This document shows positions 13,156-26,700 of a stretch of 64,000 nt of DNA, one piece after another; the stretch's first letter is position 1; the number at the start of each line of letters is the position of its first letter. The translations under genes were made by a program, and so were the position numbers. The DNA comes from Amoebophrya sp. A120. Taxonomy: Eukaryota > Protista > Dinoflagellata. The DNA lies in the NCBI GenBank assembly GCA_905178155.1, contig CAJINV010000025.1, positions 272,944 through 336,943 on the forward strand, written 5' to 3'. The notes beneath the pieces are model-generated. The model was not told the origin of the DNA, did no database searches, and saw nothing but the letters and a program-made list of their open reading frames with translations.

Positions 13156-13349
13156 AGCTTCGAAGTAGATCAGCAGCGTGCGATATCTGATCCGATCAGC
13201 ATCGAAGGTCGGAACTTTGAAGTTCAGCAGCGTGCGATATCTGATCGATCTTCAGCATCGAAGGTCCCAGCTTCGAAGTAGATCAGCAGCGTGCGATATC
13301 TGATCCGATCAGCATCGAAGGTCGGAACTTTGAAGTTCAGCAGCGTGCG
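13156..13349. repeat. ~57-bp tandem repeat, about 3.5 copies; related copy at 22785-22921
   Basis: Repeated TCAGCAGCGTGCGATATCTGATC...CAGCATCGAAGGTC. Confidence 0.85.
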
Positions 13350-13788
13350 GATCATGGTCTGATGCGTGTTTTTTGCAACACCGGATAATTCTTGTTTTCT
13401 GTGCAGCAGCTGCAACCGTTTCCAAGCCTAAAGAAAGCGTCGGCGCGGCATACGTACCTAAGTAGCCTGGTGAGGTGGAACTACGAATAATTCTCGTTTG
13501 GTCCTTTGTAAGTCGTATTTTCACACGCACTCCCCCCCACCTTCAGCCTCATTGTGCTTTTTAAGAAATTTACCAATATTTTCACGACAGGACGCTCTTT
13601 TACTTTTGCATCTGCCTAGATCAATCTTGCGACTCACTTCCAACCATTTCTGCAGGGCGCAGTAGTTATTTTCAATCTCTGTAGCTAGTAGTTTTCCCGC
13701 AAGATAAGTAACCCTTAGGTTTTCCGCCCACCAGATTCAGACGGCGTTGTTTTCTTGTGTTTCTTCGACCAGGGTCGTGAAGAAGAAG

Positions 13789-16700
13789 ATGGTAGCATCT
13801 ACCGACGAGCGTTCTTGTTATCAAATGCAAAAATGTCGGGGTCTGGATCTGGAAGGATGCAAGTTTGTCATGCTTGTCTGGCATGACTCGAAAATCTGTG
13901 TTGCATAGGCGCGAAAAATAAGCCCTCTTACCTGTCATACAAAAACGCAGTTTGCCATGCGGAATATGTACGACATGATTGCAGCCAAAAAATTTGTCAC
14001 GCATAGCTGCGTATTGCAGTGCGTCGATCATTCACTTTTAGCATTAACCCAGACCACATATTTGCAATCCATACTTGCCCCGCACAACAAGCGGAACAAA
14101 CCAAGCCCGGAAGTGCGGCGGACCCGAAAAGTCTGCCCAAGAACGAGGACCTGGAGCAAACTACCGATCTGTTGCAAGACAGTCCCCCGGGCTCCTGCGA
14201 GATCTCCGCCTCGCCGCGCCACGTCGAGGGGGAAATGCAGGCCAGCCCTGAGTCGACGTATTCATCTGCGGGGCACGAGGAGAAAGAAGAGATTGAAGGT
14301 GGCACCACCAGCCCGGCGGCCAAGAAGCGCAAGATGCAGGCCGCTACAGCGGAGGAGGAGTGTAGTACAACTACGAAGAGTCCGAAGGAACTATCAAATG
14401 CAAAAATGTCTGGGTCTGGAAATAACTTGTGTTGCTGATACTTGCATTGCAAACTTGCTGCTTGTACGGCATAGCAGCATGAGAAAGTTCCCTCGGCATT
14501 CCTTGGGGATTTCATTCGTATTTAGCATGACAAACTACCATATCCAGCAAGACAAAAAAACTGGCCAATGGTATTCATGCATTACAGATCTTGTTGTCCT
14601 TGAAGTCCTGCATCACAAATCCAGGCCCAGACATATTTGCATTTGATAGGAACTGATGGGGACGTATTTTCAGACGAAGCTGAAAGGGCCGGTATGAATT
14701 GCAAAAGTATCGTACAACTCGTAGTTATAATTGCAGTCATGCATTGCAAACTCTTTTCTCAAAGGTAAATGTGCATTAGAAATTTTATTTCGTATGCTGA
14801 GGAAATTTGTAATGCCTTTATACGAGTACGATAGGATCGATACTTTTGCAATCCATAACCGGATAACTTCTACCATCTGGGTTTGGATCAAGCAGATTCA
14901 AGGCTCAAGGGGCTGTTTGGCAACGTTCGCATGATCCTGATGATGGGGTCGGCTGACCGGGCGAAGAAGCTGGCGGAAAAGATCGACGTGAACTTCCCGA
15001 TTCCGGAAGACCAGTTGGATTCTACCGTCCACGGCATCACCACTTCGAAGAAAGACGCTGAAACGAAGGAACGCTCCGTGGAAGACCTGTCGCGGGCGAA
15101 GGATATCAAAAGGAAAAATCCTCCCTCCCCATATTAAAGCCATGTCCTTCCGAAAATTTGTGATGCAGATTTGTGACCACAAATCCTGTCTGTCTTGCCA
15201 GAAGACAAATCTAAAGAGTCCGCCGCGATATGCAGGCGGTTTGTAATGCTGCAAGGCCTACAGGGCAGACGTCTGCCATGCTGGGTTCCTACACCAAAAG
15301 GCACCCCCTCACGCTTGCGATCTGCGTGCAGTGCTTTCCTGCAAGACAGGCGTGATTTGTGTACACAAATCCCGCATCACAGATTTCTGTTTTGATATGG
15401 GGAGGGGGGATTTTTCATTTTGATAAAGGACCGCGGGAGTTTGTTTGTCACGGGCTACTGCCCTATCAAGTGCAAAAGTGTCTGGGTCTGGAAGATTGCC
15501 AGGTTTGTTATGCATATTTTGCATACTTCATGGTCATGGTGCCTGTAATGCATGACCTAGCATCTTCACAGATTTTTAACTCGCCTTCTGATGGTGCGTA
15601 TTCCGCATTAGAAACGCCCACTCCGCGTAGCACAAACTGCACTCCTCTGGCGAGATCAAGCCTGAGGCTTTGTTCGTAAAGGGGGTGACTGTGGTTGAGG
15701 GGTAAAAAAGGTCATGCAATACAGATTTTTTTTTACCTTCCAAAGACAGCATCACAAGTTGCAACCTTCCAGACCTCCAGACACTTTTGCATTTGATATG
15801 CCCCACCGAGCAGAAGAAGAATTGCGTTTTGATCTTCTCTCACGGGATGGGGAATGCGAGCACCAGCATTTTTATCCCACGAAAAATTGTTTCACTGTGA
15901 TGATTTTGCAAGATTTGGATCACAAGTTTTTTACACATGACAAAGAAAACTTGGCATGCGTGCGTCCTAAGGGAAAACACAGCTAAAAATCCAATGTCTT
16001 GCGTGTGTAGCAAGACAAACACATTTGTGTTCCGCTCTATGCATCACAAGTTTACAGTGAAACAGTTTTTTCTTGCGATAATTTTTTTGAACGAAATTAC
16101 CAAGCTTCTGTTCTGGAGCGGCTGCGAGATGAAGAAGCTGGAAGCGCTGCGGATCGGCATATGACGGTGCACAACTCTTCCTCCCCTGCAGTTGCCCTGC
16201 AGTTGTCATGCAAAACCCCAAATCCAGTCGCTTTCCTCCTGTGGCACTGTTTGCGTGACAAATTTCGAAAGGAGCCCAAACAGCACTACAGTAAGTACGT
16301 AAATTTGTAATGCACAATGTCCACGGTGGTCGCATCGCTGGCGTTTGTATAATTGTTGTTCATGCAATACAAATGAGGGGGAGGGGGGTTGTGCACTGTC
16401 ATGCGGCACTTGCGGTGGACTGAATGTGCCCGAGGGCACGGTGTGCATCACGGAGCGTATCACGAGAAAAAAGCGTTACAGTTACACATTGTGTTGCAAG
16501 CCCAGCATGACAGACAACCTCTGTTATGCCAGAAATGTATGCTCCTTCATCCGAGCTTCATTTCATGCGTGTTTTCCCTTATGCCCTGTGCATTGCAAGT
16601 TTTCCCTCTCATGCAAGGAAGATTTGTGTTGCTGAATTGACAACAGATGTGTAGTCACTGTAACACTTTTTTCATCGGATAGAGCGAGCGATGGACGGAC

Positions 16701-18609
16701 AAGAGGAATGGGGTTACGAGTTCACTTATGCACTACAAACATACGTTTGGAAGATTCAAACCTGTGATGCAGATTCTGGAACAGACAAAAATCTGTATTG
16801 CGGAGCCAGCAGAAGATGCGCGAATCTTGTCTCCAGCAGAAGGCATGTCGCATGCAGACCAGGCATCATGGAGAAATAACCTCCGGAGAGTTTGTCATGC
16901 TCTGCGCGTATTCAAGACCTTTTTTCAGATGCAAAAACTGCATGACAATTTGTCGCAGCCCCAGACATGTTTGAAGTGCATATCACTGCCTTCGGGCAGA
17001 AGTTCCGCGATCCGGCTGACGCGGACAACAAGATGGTGGCGGAGCTGACGAAAATCGGGAAGGACATGCCGTTATCCACTGCAAAAGTATCGTACTAGTA
17101 GAAATCGCATGCCAAGTTCCTCAGCATGAGGAATGACATCTGTAATGCGGATTTGACTTAACCGAAATAAAATTTGTAAATGCATAAATGCGATTAGTAC
17201 CAGTGCGATACTTTTGCAGTTCATAACCCTTTCCCTGCACCGTGGGCAACACCATGACGACCGATGATTACTACCTCGGCCAGGGTCGCTTAGACGGTGC
17301 TTTGCTGCCCCCCGGTCATTTCAACCTCTCGTCTGGAGGCGGACGCGGAGGTACCAGCCCAGGCGATTATCAAATGCAAAAGCATCGTACTAGTAGTAAC
17401 CGCATTTACAAATTTGCTAAGCATGACAGAAGGAATTTCTCATGCTGATTTACCTTGAGAAAGAGATTTGTCATGCATAAGTGCGATTACTACGAGTGCG
17501 ATACTTTTGCACAGGATAGCGATGGTGCAGCAGCGATGAATACTAGCGAGATGAACCTCATCGACGAAAAACAGCAGAAGGAGTGGTTCGTGAAGCTGCA
17601 CGAAAAACACGGAATCGTGAATATGGAGATGGAAGCCACGGGCATCTTAGCGTTTTTCCAGCGCTTGAAGATTCCCGCCGCGGTCATCGCAGTTGCGTTG
17701 CTGAATCGGTACAACGGTGACCATATCAAATGCAAAAATGTCTGGGTCTGGAAGATTCTGAGGCTTGTCATGCATGTTTCACATGACCCAGGATGTCTGT
17801 AATGCACGACCTAGCATCACAGATTTTTAGAGGGCTTACTGCTGCCTACTCCGCATGACAAACACCCTCCCCGCGTAGCAAAAACTACACTGCTCTTGCT
17901 AGCCATGCAATACAGACGTTTTTAGAGTCCAAAGTTCGCATCACAAGTTCCAGACCCAGACATTTTTGCATTTGATAGACCAGCACAAGGTTTCCCGGGA
18001 GCAGATCAAGGCGTACTCGGAGCGGCACTTGGTATCCAAGAAAAAAACGTTGTTAGTATAACTTTGTGATGCGCAACATGCAAAATGATTGCGTCTGTCA
18101 TGCTTGGCATGCGTCGTAGGCTCCATTAAAGGGCGTTATCACGTACTATCTGCGCATGACAGGTTTTTGCTGTCATGCGAGAGATATTTGTGATGCTAAT
18201 CCTCCAAGAAAGTTACAGCTACAATGTTTTTTTCTTGGATACTTGGCCCTGGCCATGCAGTACCTGCACCAGCGCACCTATGGATGTGTCAGAGTTGAAA
18301 TCGACAAAGTGGAAATAATTTGCCATGCATAAAATGCGACACAAAGAATGACTCTATTGCTGAAGGCGCAAGGGAGGCAGATTCTAGTGCTGGTAAGGGT
18401 CAAGAATTGGGCTGCTGACTAGCATGACAGAGAGCAGCCATCTTGCACTAAACAGCATGACAGACTTGCTTCAGAGGCTAGGAAAATTTGTCATGCGCCG
18501 ATTGGAAACTGTGGGTCCAACTGGTATAGATTTTATGCATCACAAATTATTTCAACTTTGTTAATTTCAATCCTGACAGTTCCATAGCACCTTTGCGGTG
18601 TTGAAATGA
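13789..18609 (+). CDS. Uridine phosphorylase (eukaryotic UPP type), copy 1, 14 introners
   Basis: Spliced protein has DNFYHLGL, FGNVRMILMMGS, SHGMGNAS, RIGTCGGL, GNTMTTDDYYLGQGRLDGA, NMEMEAT, LLNRYNGDQ. Introners at 13819-14073, 14392-14648, 14693-14857, 15104-15425, 15464-15798, 15873-16080, 16160-16403, 16458-16681, 16727-16982, 17073-17225, 17368-17518, 17724-17977, 18033-18241, 18279-18586. Confidence 0.92.
16160..16403. mobile_element. Introner, family G (TATGACxGTGCACAAC)
   Basis: TIRs, DR CGGCA/CGGCA; splits RIG-TCGG. Confidence 0.85.
18279..18586. mobile_element. Introner, family F (TATGGATGTGTCAGAGTTGAAAT)
   Basis: TIRs, DR GCACC/GCACC; absent from the paralog. Confidence 0.85.
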
Positions 18610-19832
18610 TTGAAGCTGCAATTTGAAGATAATAGATACTTCCACCAAGCGTGATATTTTTTTTTCTTTGTGAGCCAAGGGGAATTCGAATTTTTCATTC
18701 CATACGCAAACTTCAATACATTGGTTATACGAACTGAATCTTATCAAACACTACAAGAAGTAGTAGAAAAGGTGGGAGGAGCTGCACGGTGAGAACGGAA
18801 ACTAGTATTTCCTTACGACCCACCGACCAGAGAGTTGTGGATGAATCTAGGCGCAATGAAAGACTTCTGTTGCGGCTGATGAAATGCAAGAACAAGTCCG
18901 ATGTTGCTGAAAGACAACGCGATCTTTTTTATCTTCTATTTTTCTGTTTGTGGAGGACGATCATATTTGATTCACTTATTTCTTTTCATTTGATTCTGTT
19001 TACAACAACCGAGGATGTTGACGCTCCAAATCCGAACACGCCCTAGATAAAGAAAAGACGAAGGAAGCACGTGGTGACGATAGATAAAGCGACATTTTGA
19101 ATGATGCAAAGCTCGACTTTGTCGTGCACAAAGCAACTGTCTTTTTTGAAGATGTAATGGAAAGAACTTGCATCGCAGGAAGATGTAATGCAAACAACTT
19201 TTATCATTTGCGAAAAAATGGAGAAAAGCGAAGATGATCATCGCTCGTAAATAGATATGAAGACCTACTACAGGCCTTTATCCAGTGCAAATTTATTTGT
19301 CGTGCAGAGTCTTCCAAGTAGGCGCGCGCGCATGTTCATCTCCGGAAATCCGGACCCCACGCAGAATGGTCTGCAAAAGCGAAGAGCGCCTGATCTTGAT
19401 ATCGAATGCAAATATGTCCGGGTCCGTATGGAAGAGTTGTGTGGCTCTCCTGTTTTTGCATCACGCAGAGGGTGTGGTATGCAAGACCTAGCATCTTCAC
19501 ATAAATCCAGAATAAAGTAAAATAGAAAGAAGATCGACTTTGAGCGCAAAATCGAAATCTAAATTAAACCGAAGGCAATATTAAGAAATTGACGCAGGAC
19601 TCACTTCATTTTCAAAACAAACTACAAGTAGTGCTAGTTCAACTGAAGCCCACTTCTATCAATTGAGGTTCGAGCTGCGCCCTTTTATAATTTTCTACCT
19701 CGCAAGAAATAACAACGATGCGCATGCGTGTGATCTTCGACCACCTAAATCAATTTTATTGCGTTTTATTTTTCTCCGTCTCCCTTGCACACCAGTTGTA
19801 TTAAACTACAAGGTAGCACAAGTAGAAAATAA

Positions 19833-21694
19833 ATGATGGTGGGACCACTACTTGCGACGCGAGGAGATGAAAAGTCTGCTGCGCCCCCTCTCGGTACTAG
19901 CAGTTCTGCTAGCGGTTTCCATGTTCACGCGGTGAAGAAGATCATTTTTTGCCCGCTTCTTCTCGGGTGCGCGCTCTTCTACTTCGTCAACGGGGCCGAT
20001 CGTCCTCGGCGCCGTGCGTCCTCGGCGCGCGCCGTTCGTCCTCGACTCCGCGCAGCGCAGTCGACACTGGCGCGAAGATCGTCGTCGGCACCGGCCTATG
20101 AAATGCCAATATGTCTGGGTCTGGAAGGGTTGGAATTTCAGATGCTTTCTCTCATCTTCTCTCAACGGCCACACAAAGATCTGCTATATCTATAAATAGA
20201 ATATGCATGAACAGGAAATGCAAAACCTGTCCACTTTTGGCCACCGGGACAGAGGATTTCTCATGCAGAATAGGCATTGCAAAGCCGTCGCAGAAGAAGA
20301 AGAACCTATGTTCTAGTGCCGGGCTCGAGAATGATCCAGAGGACCTTCTGGGCGGCCATACAAAACCTGCGTGACTACATTTTCCAGACCCAGACATATT
20401 TGCATTTGATAAGGCCACTAGAAGTACTAGCTCTGCTGGTGCGGTCGTCCCGACGGCGGGCGGCAGGCGTGCTTCCAAAAGGTGGAGCATGGGAGAAGAT
20501 ACTAGTAGCCGCGTGACACCTTTTTTACCGCCCCGCGACCTCGCGCAGTGGTCAGTGGCTGCAGGGATGATGCACCAAGTCGCGAGGCCGCGGCTTGCCT
20601 GGCTGCAGAGCCTTCAGCAAAACGCGGACCCAGAATGGACCAAGGACGAGAAGCGCCGCGGGGAGCCCTTTCCCTCGAGCCTGGAATTTCTGAAGACCGC
20701 GATCAAGCTCTGGACCAATGCGGAATACGACACTTCGCACGAGCAGCGCAATTCGATTGTGGCGACATATGGTGAGCCCGACACGTGGAACGTCTCAGAC
20801 GCGTTGCGCGCACGGAGAGGCGGGCGGCTCCGATTTCGTTTTGATTTTTGCAGCAATACCCCTCCAGCAGGGCAAGACTTACCTATGTCGTGGGGACTCT
20901 GCTTTCATTCCTCGTTCAGCGTCACAAACTGGCGAGTGACCGGCGTGGAAAGCTTGGAACGCATGTTCGAGGACATGCGTGGCCTTTCCTTTCCGCTCTT
21001 CTGGGATGTATCTCAGGTTACAAACATGGACGGGATGTTTCAAGGCAGCGACTTCAACCAGGATCTCAACACTTGGAAAGTCGATGCTGTTACAACCATG
21101 CGGTCTATGTTCCACGACGCCTCTAACTTCAACGGTGATCTCAGCCGCTGGGACGTGCGTTCTGTTACAGACATGAGCCATATGTTCCGTGGCGCCCAGA
21201 ATTTCAACAGGGATCTCAGCAGATGGAACGTGAGTGCTGTTACAGACATGAGATCGATGTTCGAGGACGCCTCGAACTTCAACGGTGATCTCAGCCGCTG
21301 GGACGTGCGTTCTGTTACAGACATGAGCCATATGTTCCGTGGCGCCCAGAATTTCAACAGGGATCTCAGCAGATGGAACGTGAGTGCTGTCCAAAATATG
21401 AGAAACCTGTTTTTCGAAGCGAGCACGTTTAACCAACCCATTGACGCATGGGGAGAGAAGATTGCGCTTGGGACGGATTTGTCGGGGATGTTCGGCGCGC
21501 ATGTGAACAACCCTGGCACTGCGTTCAACCAAAGCTTGAGAAGCTTTGAGCCGTTGATCAGCGAAGCCTCCTCTCGCACCTACAAAGATATGCTTTTGGG
21601 CGCGACGAGTTTCGATTGGGGTGCAAACTTCAGCAGAAATTTTTTATCACAGCGGGAAGGACGGGAGGTGCTGAGGCTACTAGGGCGAAGATAA
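19833..21694 (+). CDS. DUF285 / BspA-like 25-aa repeat surface protein, copy 1
   Basis: Exons 19833-20096 and 20417-21694 (family A introner 20097-20411). N-terminal hydrophobic segment; about 6 repeats WxVxxVTxMxxMFxxAxxFNxDLSx. Confidence 0.88.
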
Positions 21695-23368
21695 ACTTCT
21701 ATTAAAGATCCTTGCTTTTGGTTTTGTCTCCTCTCGCCTAAAGCAGCGCGAGGTCCTCTAGTTTTCTGTAGATCGCTGTTGCTATCCTCCCTCGCCTCCT
21801 TGGCTAAACAGATACTTTTGTTTTTCCACAATATCAGGAACGATCGGCATTAAAGCAGCGCAGCCCGAGTAGCTTAGAACTTTCTACTAGACTAATCGGT
21901 CGCACTTGTAAAGTTGTAGAACTCTCAGAACTCTTCATGTATCTATATGTGCAATCTATAAACCGCTCACTTTGCCCTGCTTGCATCTACAGCCTACGAG
22001 GAAGAAGGAATTATGATGTTACAGCATTCGGATCAGCAACGGAAATGGGCCACGGTGCAGCTTCTTACACTTTTCTTTCTGGAAAATAGTCTTCACTGCT
22101 TTCGTAAAAATCCTGGGAGGTGATGCAATGAAGAAAAAAAGAAATACTGGAATGGAAAGAAGTATTTTTCCTTGTATAATAATGTATGATTGGTGTATGA
22201 TTGGTGTATAATAATGTATGATGGAGATGATGTATGATTGGTGTATTGAAAAAAAAAAAACAGCCAGATGTGTAGAGCAAGATGGAAGCGAAGTCGTCGT
22301 TGGACTCATACACTTGTTCACTCCGCCGATCGAATCGGTGTCGACTTGAGTAACTACGTCCTCGGAGCATGCATGCATAGGCATACGGCATACCCCACCA
22401 CCCCCCCCGACGTTACGTTAGTACCTGGGTTAGAACGTCTCGATTTTTGTTGGGCAGACTCCTAATGCAAACGCATCGGTTGATGTCCGCCGTTTCTGGA
22501 AGTCGTCGGTCGGTGATCGGTCTATCGATCCCTGAACGCTGCCGTGTGCAGTTTGAGTTCTATCAGACAAGAACGTCAAGGAGACGGTATTCCGCAGTTT
22601 TTGTTGAGGATCATAACGACGACGTAGACGAAGCGAGAGCTGCAGCGATAGAACTCAAGCGGTAGATGATACTCGCGAACCCACGGGCAACATACCTCGA
22701 AGGCAGGAGGACAAAGACAAAGAAGCAGTCCGAAAACAACTCTGGGGTTGCGGCGGCCATCAAGCGGTGACATTTTGAAACGCCTCGAAGTAGATCAGCA
22801 GCGTGCGATATCTGATCCGATGAGCATTGAAGGTCCCAGCTTCGAAGTTCAGCAGCGTCCGATGGATATCTGATCGATCTTCAGCATCGAAGGTCCCAGC
22901 TTCGAAGTTCAGCAGCGTGCGGGTCAATGTCTGATGCTGGTTTTTTGCAACAGCGGATGATTCTAGTTTTCTGTGCAGCAGCAACCGTTTCCAAGCCTGA
23001 AATAAAAGCGTCGGCAAGGCATACGTAAGTAGTCTGGTGAGGAACTACGAATCACTCTCGTTTGGTCCTTTGTAAGTCGTATTTTCACATGCACTCTCCC
23101 CCACCTTCATCCCGCTCATTGTGCTTTTTACGAAAATTTAAATTATATCCAAAATTACGACAGGACGCTTTTTTACTTTTCCATCTGCCTAGATCAATCT
23201 TGCAACTACCATGCCTGCGGAGCGCAGTACTTATTAATCTCTGTACGTAGAAGTTTCCCCGCAAGATAACCACCTTCAGCTTTTGCGCCCAACAGACTCC
23301 GACCGTGATAGCACCGCACGGGTGAAGAAAATTATTATACCCATATTTTTTACTGTAGAACGTTTTGT

Positions 23369-23675
23369 TATGGATGTGTCAGAGTTGAAATCGACAAAGT
23401 TGAAATAATTTGCCATGCATAAAATGGATGCCAGTTGGAACCCAGTTTCCAAGTGGCGCATGACAAATTTCGGTGGTCCCTAAATCCAGTTTGTCATGCT
23501 GTTTAGGCAAAGAAGAGCGATTTTCTCATGCTACTTTAGCAGCTCGATCTGTAGCCCCAAACAGGCTGACAATCGGCCTCACTTGCCTGCTCTGCAACAC
23601 ACGTACCTCGGGTCATGCATTTTATGCATTACAAATTATTTCAACTTTGACGATTTCAAACCTGACACTTCCATA
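23369..23675. mobile_element. Introner, family F, upstream of UPP copy 2 only
   Basis: TIRs, DR TTTGT/TTTGT. Confidence 0.85.
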
Positions 23676-23724
23676 TTTGTTTTCTATTTCTTGTGTCTCT
23701 TCGAGCAGGGTCGTGAAGAAGAAG

Positions 23725-26700
23725 ATGGTAGCATCTACCGACGAGCGTTCTTGTTATCAAATGCAAGAAAAGTGTCTGGGTCTGGAAGGATGCAAGTTTG
23801 TCATGCTTATGATCTGGCATGACTCGAGAATCTGTGTTGCATAGGCACGAAAAAGCCCTCTTACCTGTCATGCAAGAACGCAGTTTGCCATGCGGAAGAC
23901 GTACGACACTGCAGCCAAAAGATTTGGCATGCATAGCTGCGTACTGCAGTGCGTCGATCATTCACTTTTAGCATTTTTAACCCAGACCACATATTTGCAA
24001 TCCATACTTGTTCCGCACAAGCGGAACAAACCAAGCCCGGAACTGCGGCGGACCCGAAAAGTCTGCGCCACGAGGACCTGGAGCAAACTACCGATCTTTT
24101 GCAAGACAGTCCCCCGGGGTCCTGCGAGATTTCCGCCTCGCCGCGCCAGGTCGAGGGGGAGATGCACGCCAGCCCCGAGCCGACGTACTCATCTGCGGGG
24201 CACGAGGAGAAAGAAGAGATTCAAGGTGGCACCACCAGCCCGGCGGCCAAGAAGCGCAAGATGCAGGCCGCTACAGCGGAGGAGGAGTGTAGTACTACGA
24301 AGAGTCCGAAGGAACTATCAAATGCAAAAATGTCTGGGTCTGGAAACTTGTGTTGCTGATACTTGCATTGCAAACTTGCTGCTTGTACGGCATAGCAGCA
24401 TGAGAAATTTCCCTCGGCATTCCTTGGGGATTTCATTCGTATTTAGCATGACAAACTACCATATCCAGCAAGACAAAAAAACTGGCCAATGGTATTCATG
24501 CATTACAGATCTTGTTGTCCTTGAAGTCCTGCATCACAAATCCAGGCCCAGACATATTTGCATTTGATAGGAACTGATGGGGACGTATTTTCAGACGAAG
24601 CTGAAGGGGCCGGTATGAATTGCAAAAGTATCGTACTCGTAGTTGTAATTGCAGTCATGCATTACAAACCTTTTTCTTAACGTAAATCCGCATTGCAAAT
24701 TTTATTTCGTATGCTGGGGAAATTTGTAATGCATTTATACGAGGTCGATACAACTTTTGCAATTCATAACCGGATAACTTCTACCATCTGGGTTTGGATC
24801 AAGCAGATTCAAGACTCAACGGGCTGTTTGGCAACGTTCGCATGATCCTGATGATGGGGTCGGCTGACCGGGCGAAGAAGCTGGCGGAAAAGATCGACGT
24901 GAACTTCCCGATTCCGGAAGACCAGTTGGATTCTACCGTCCACGGCATCACCACTTCGAAGAAAGACGCTGAAACGAAGGAACGCTCCGTGGAAGACCTG
25001 TCGCGGGCGAAGGATATCAAAAGGAAAAATCCTCCCTCCCCATATTAAAGCCATGTCCTTCCGAAAATTTGTGATGCAGATTTGTGACCACAAATCCTGT
25101 CTGTCTTGCCAGAAGACAAATCTAAAGAGTCCGCCGCGATATGCAGGCGGTTTGTAATGCTGCAAGGCCTACAGGGCAGACGTCTGCCATGCTGGGTTCC
25201 TACACCAAAAGGCACCCCCTCACGCTTGCGATCTGCGTGCAGTGCTTTCCTGCAAGACAGGCGTGATTTGTGTACACAAATCCCGCATCACAGATTTCTG
25301 TTTTGATATGGGGAGGGGGGATTTTTCATTTTGATAAAGGACCGCGGGAGTTTGTTTGTCACGGGCTACTGCCCTATCAAGTGCAAAAGTGTCTGGGTCT
25401 GGAAGATTGCCAGGTTTGTTATGCATATTTTGCATACTTCATGGTCATGGTGCCTGTAATGCATGACCTAGCATCTTCACAGATTTTTAACTCGCCTTCT
25501 GATGGTGCGTATTCCGCATTAGAAACGCCCACTCCGCGTAGCACAAACTGCACTCCTCTGGCGAGATCAAGCCTGAGGCTTTGTTCGTAAAGGGGGTGAC
25601 TGTGGTTGAGGGGTAAAAAAGGTCATGCAATACAGATTTTTTTTTACCTTCCAAAGACAGCATCACAAGTTGCAACCTTCCAGACCTCCAGACACTTTTG
25701 CATTTGATATGCCCCACCGAGCAGAAGAAGAATTGCGTTTTGATCTTCTCTCACGGGATGGGGAATGCGAGCACCAGCATTTTTATCCCACGAAAAATTG
25801 TTTCACTGTGATGATTTTGCAAGATTTGGATCACAAGTTTTTTACACATGACAAAGAAAACTTGGCATGCGTGCGTCCTAAGGGAAAACACAGCTAAAAA
25901 TCCAATGTCTTGCGTGTGTAGCAAGACAAACACATTTGTGTTCCGCTCTATGCATCACAAGTTTACAGTGAAACAGTTTTTTCTTGCGATAATTTTTTTG
26001 AACGAAATTACCAAGCTTCTGTTCTGGAGCGGCTGCGAGATGAAGAAGCTGGAAGCGCTGCGGATCGGCATATGACGGTGCACAACTCTTCCTCCCCTGC
26101 AGTTGCCCTGCAGTTGTCATGCAAAACCCCAAATCCAGTCGCTTTCCTCCTGTGGCACTGTTTGCGTGACAAATTTCGAAAGGAGCCCAAACAGCACTAC
26201 AGTAAGTACGTAAATTTGTAATGCACAATGTCCACGGTGGTCGCATCGCTGGCGTTTGTATAATTGTTGTTCATGCAATACAAATGAGGGGGAGGGGGGT
26301 TGTGCACTGTCATGCGGCACTTGCGGTGGACTGAATGTGCCCGAGGGCACGGTGTGCATCACGGAGCGTATCACGAGAAAAAAGCGTTACAGTTACACAT
26401 TGTGTTGCAAGCCCAGCATGACAGACAACCTCTGTTATGCCAGAAATGTATGCTCCTTCATCCGAGCTTCATTTCATGCGTGTTTTCCCTTATGCCCTGT
26501 GCATTGCAAGTTTTCCCTCTCATGCAAGGAAGATTTGTGTTGCTGAATTGACAACAGATGTGTAGTCACTGTAACACTTTTTTCATCGGATAGAGCGAGC
26601 GATGGACGGACAAGAGGAATGGGGTTACGAGTTCACTTATGCACTACAAACATACGTTTGGAAGATTCAAACCTGTGATGCAGATTCTGGAACAGACAAA

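Noticed and set aside
22180-22250. ATGTATGATTGGTGT short repeats
   Set aside because: Simple low-complexity expansion relative to the paralogous flank; no further structure.
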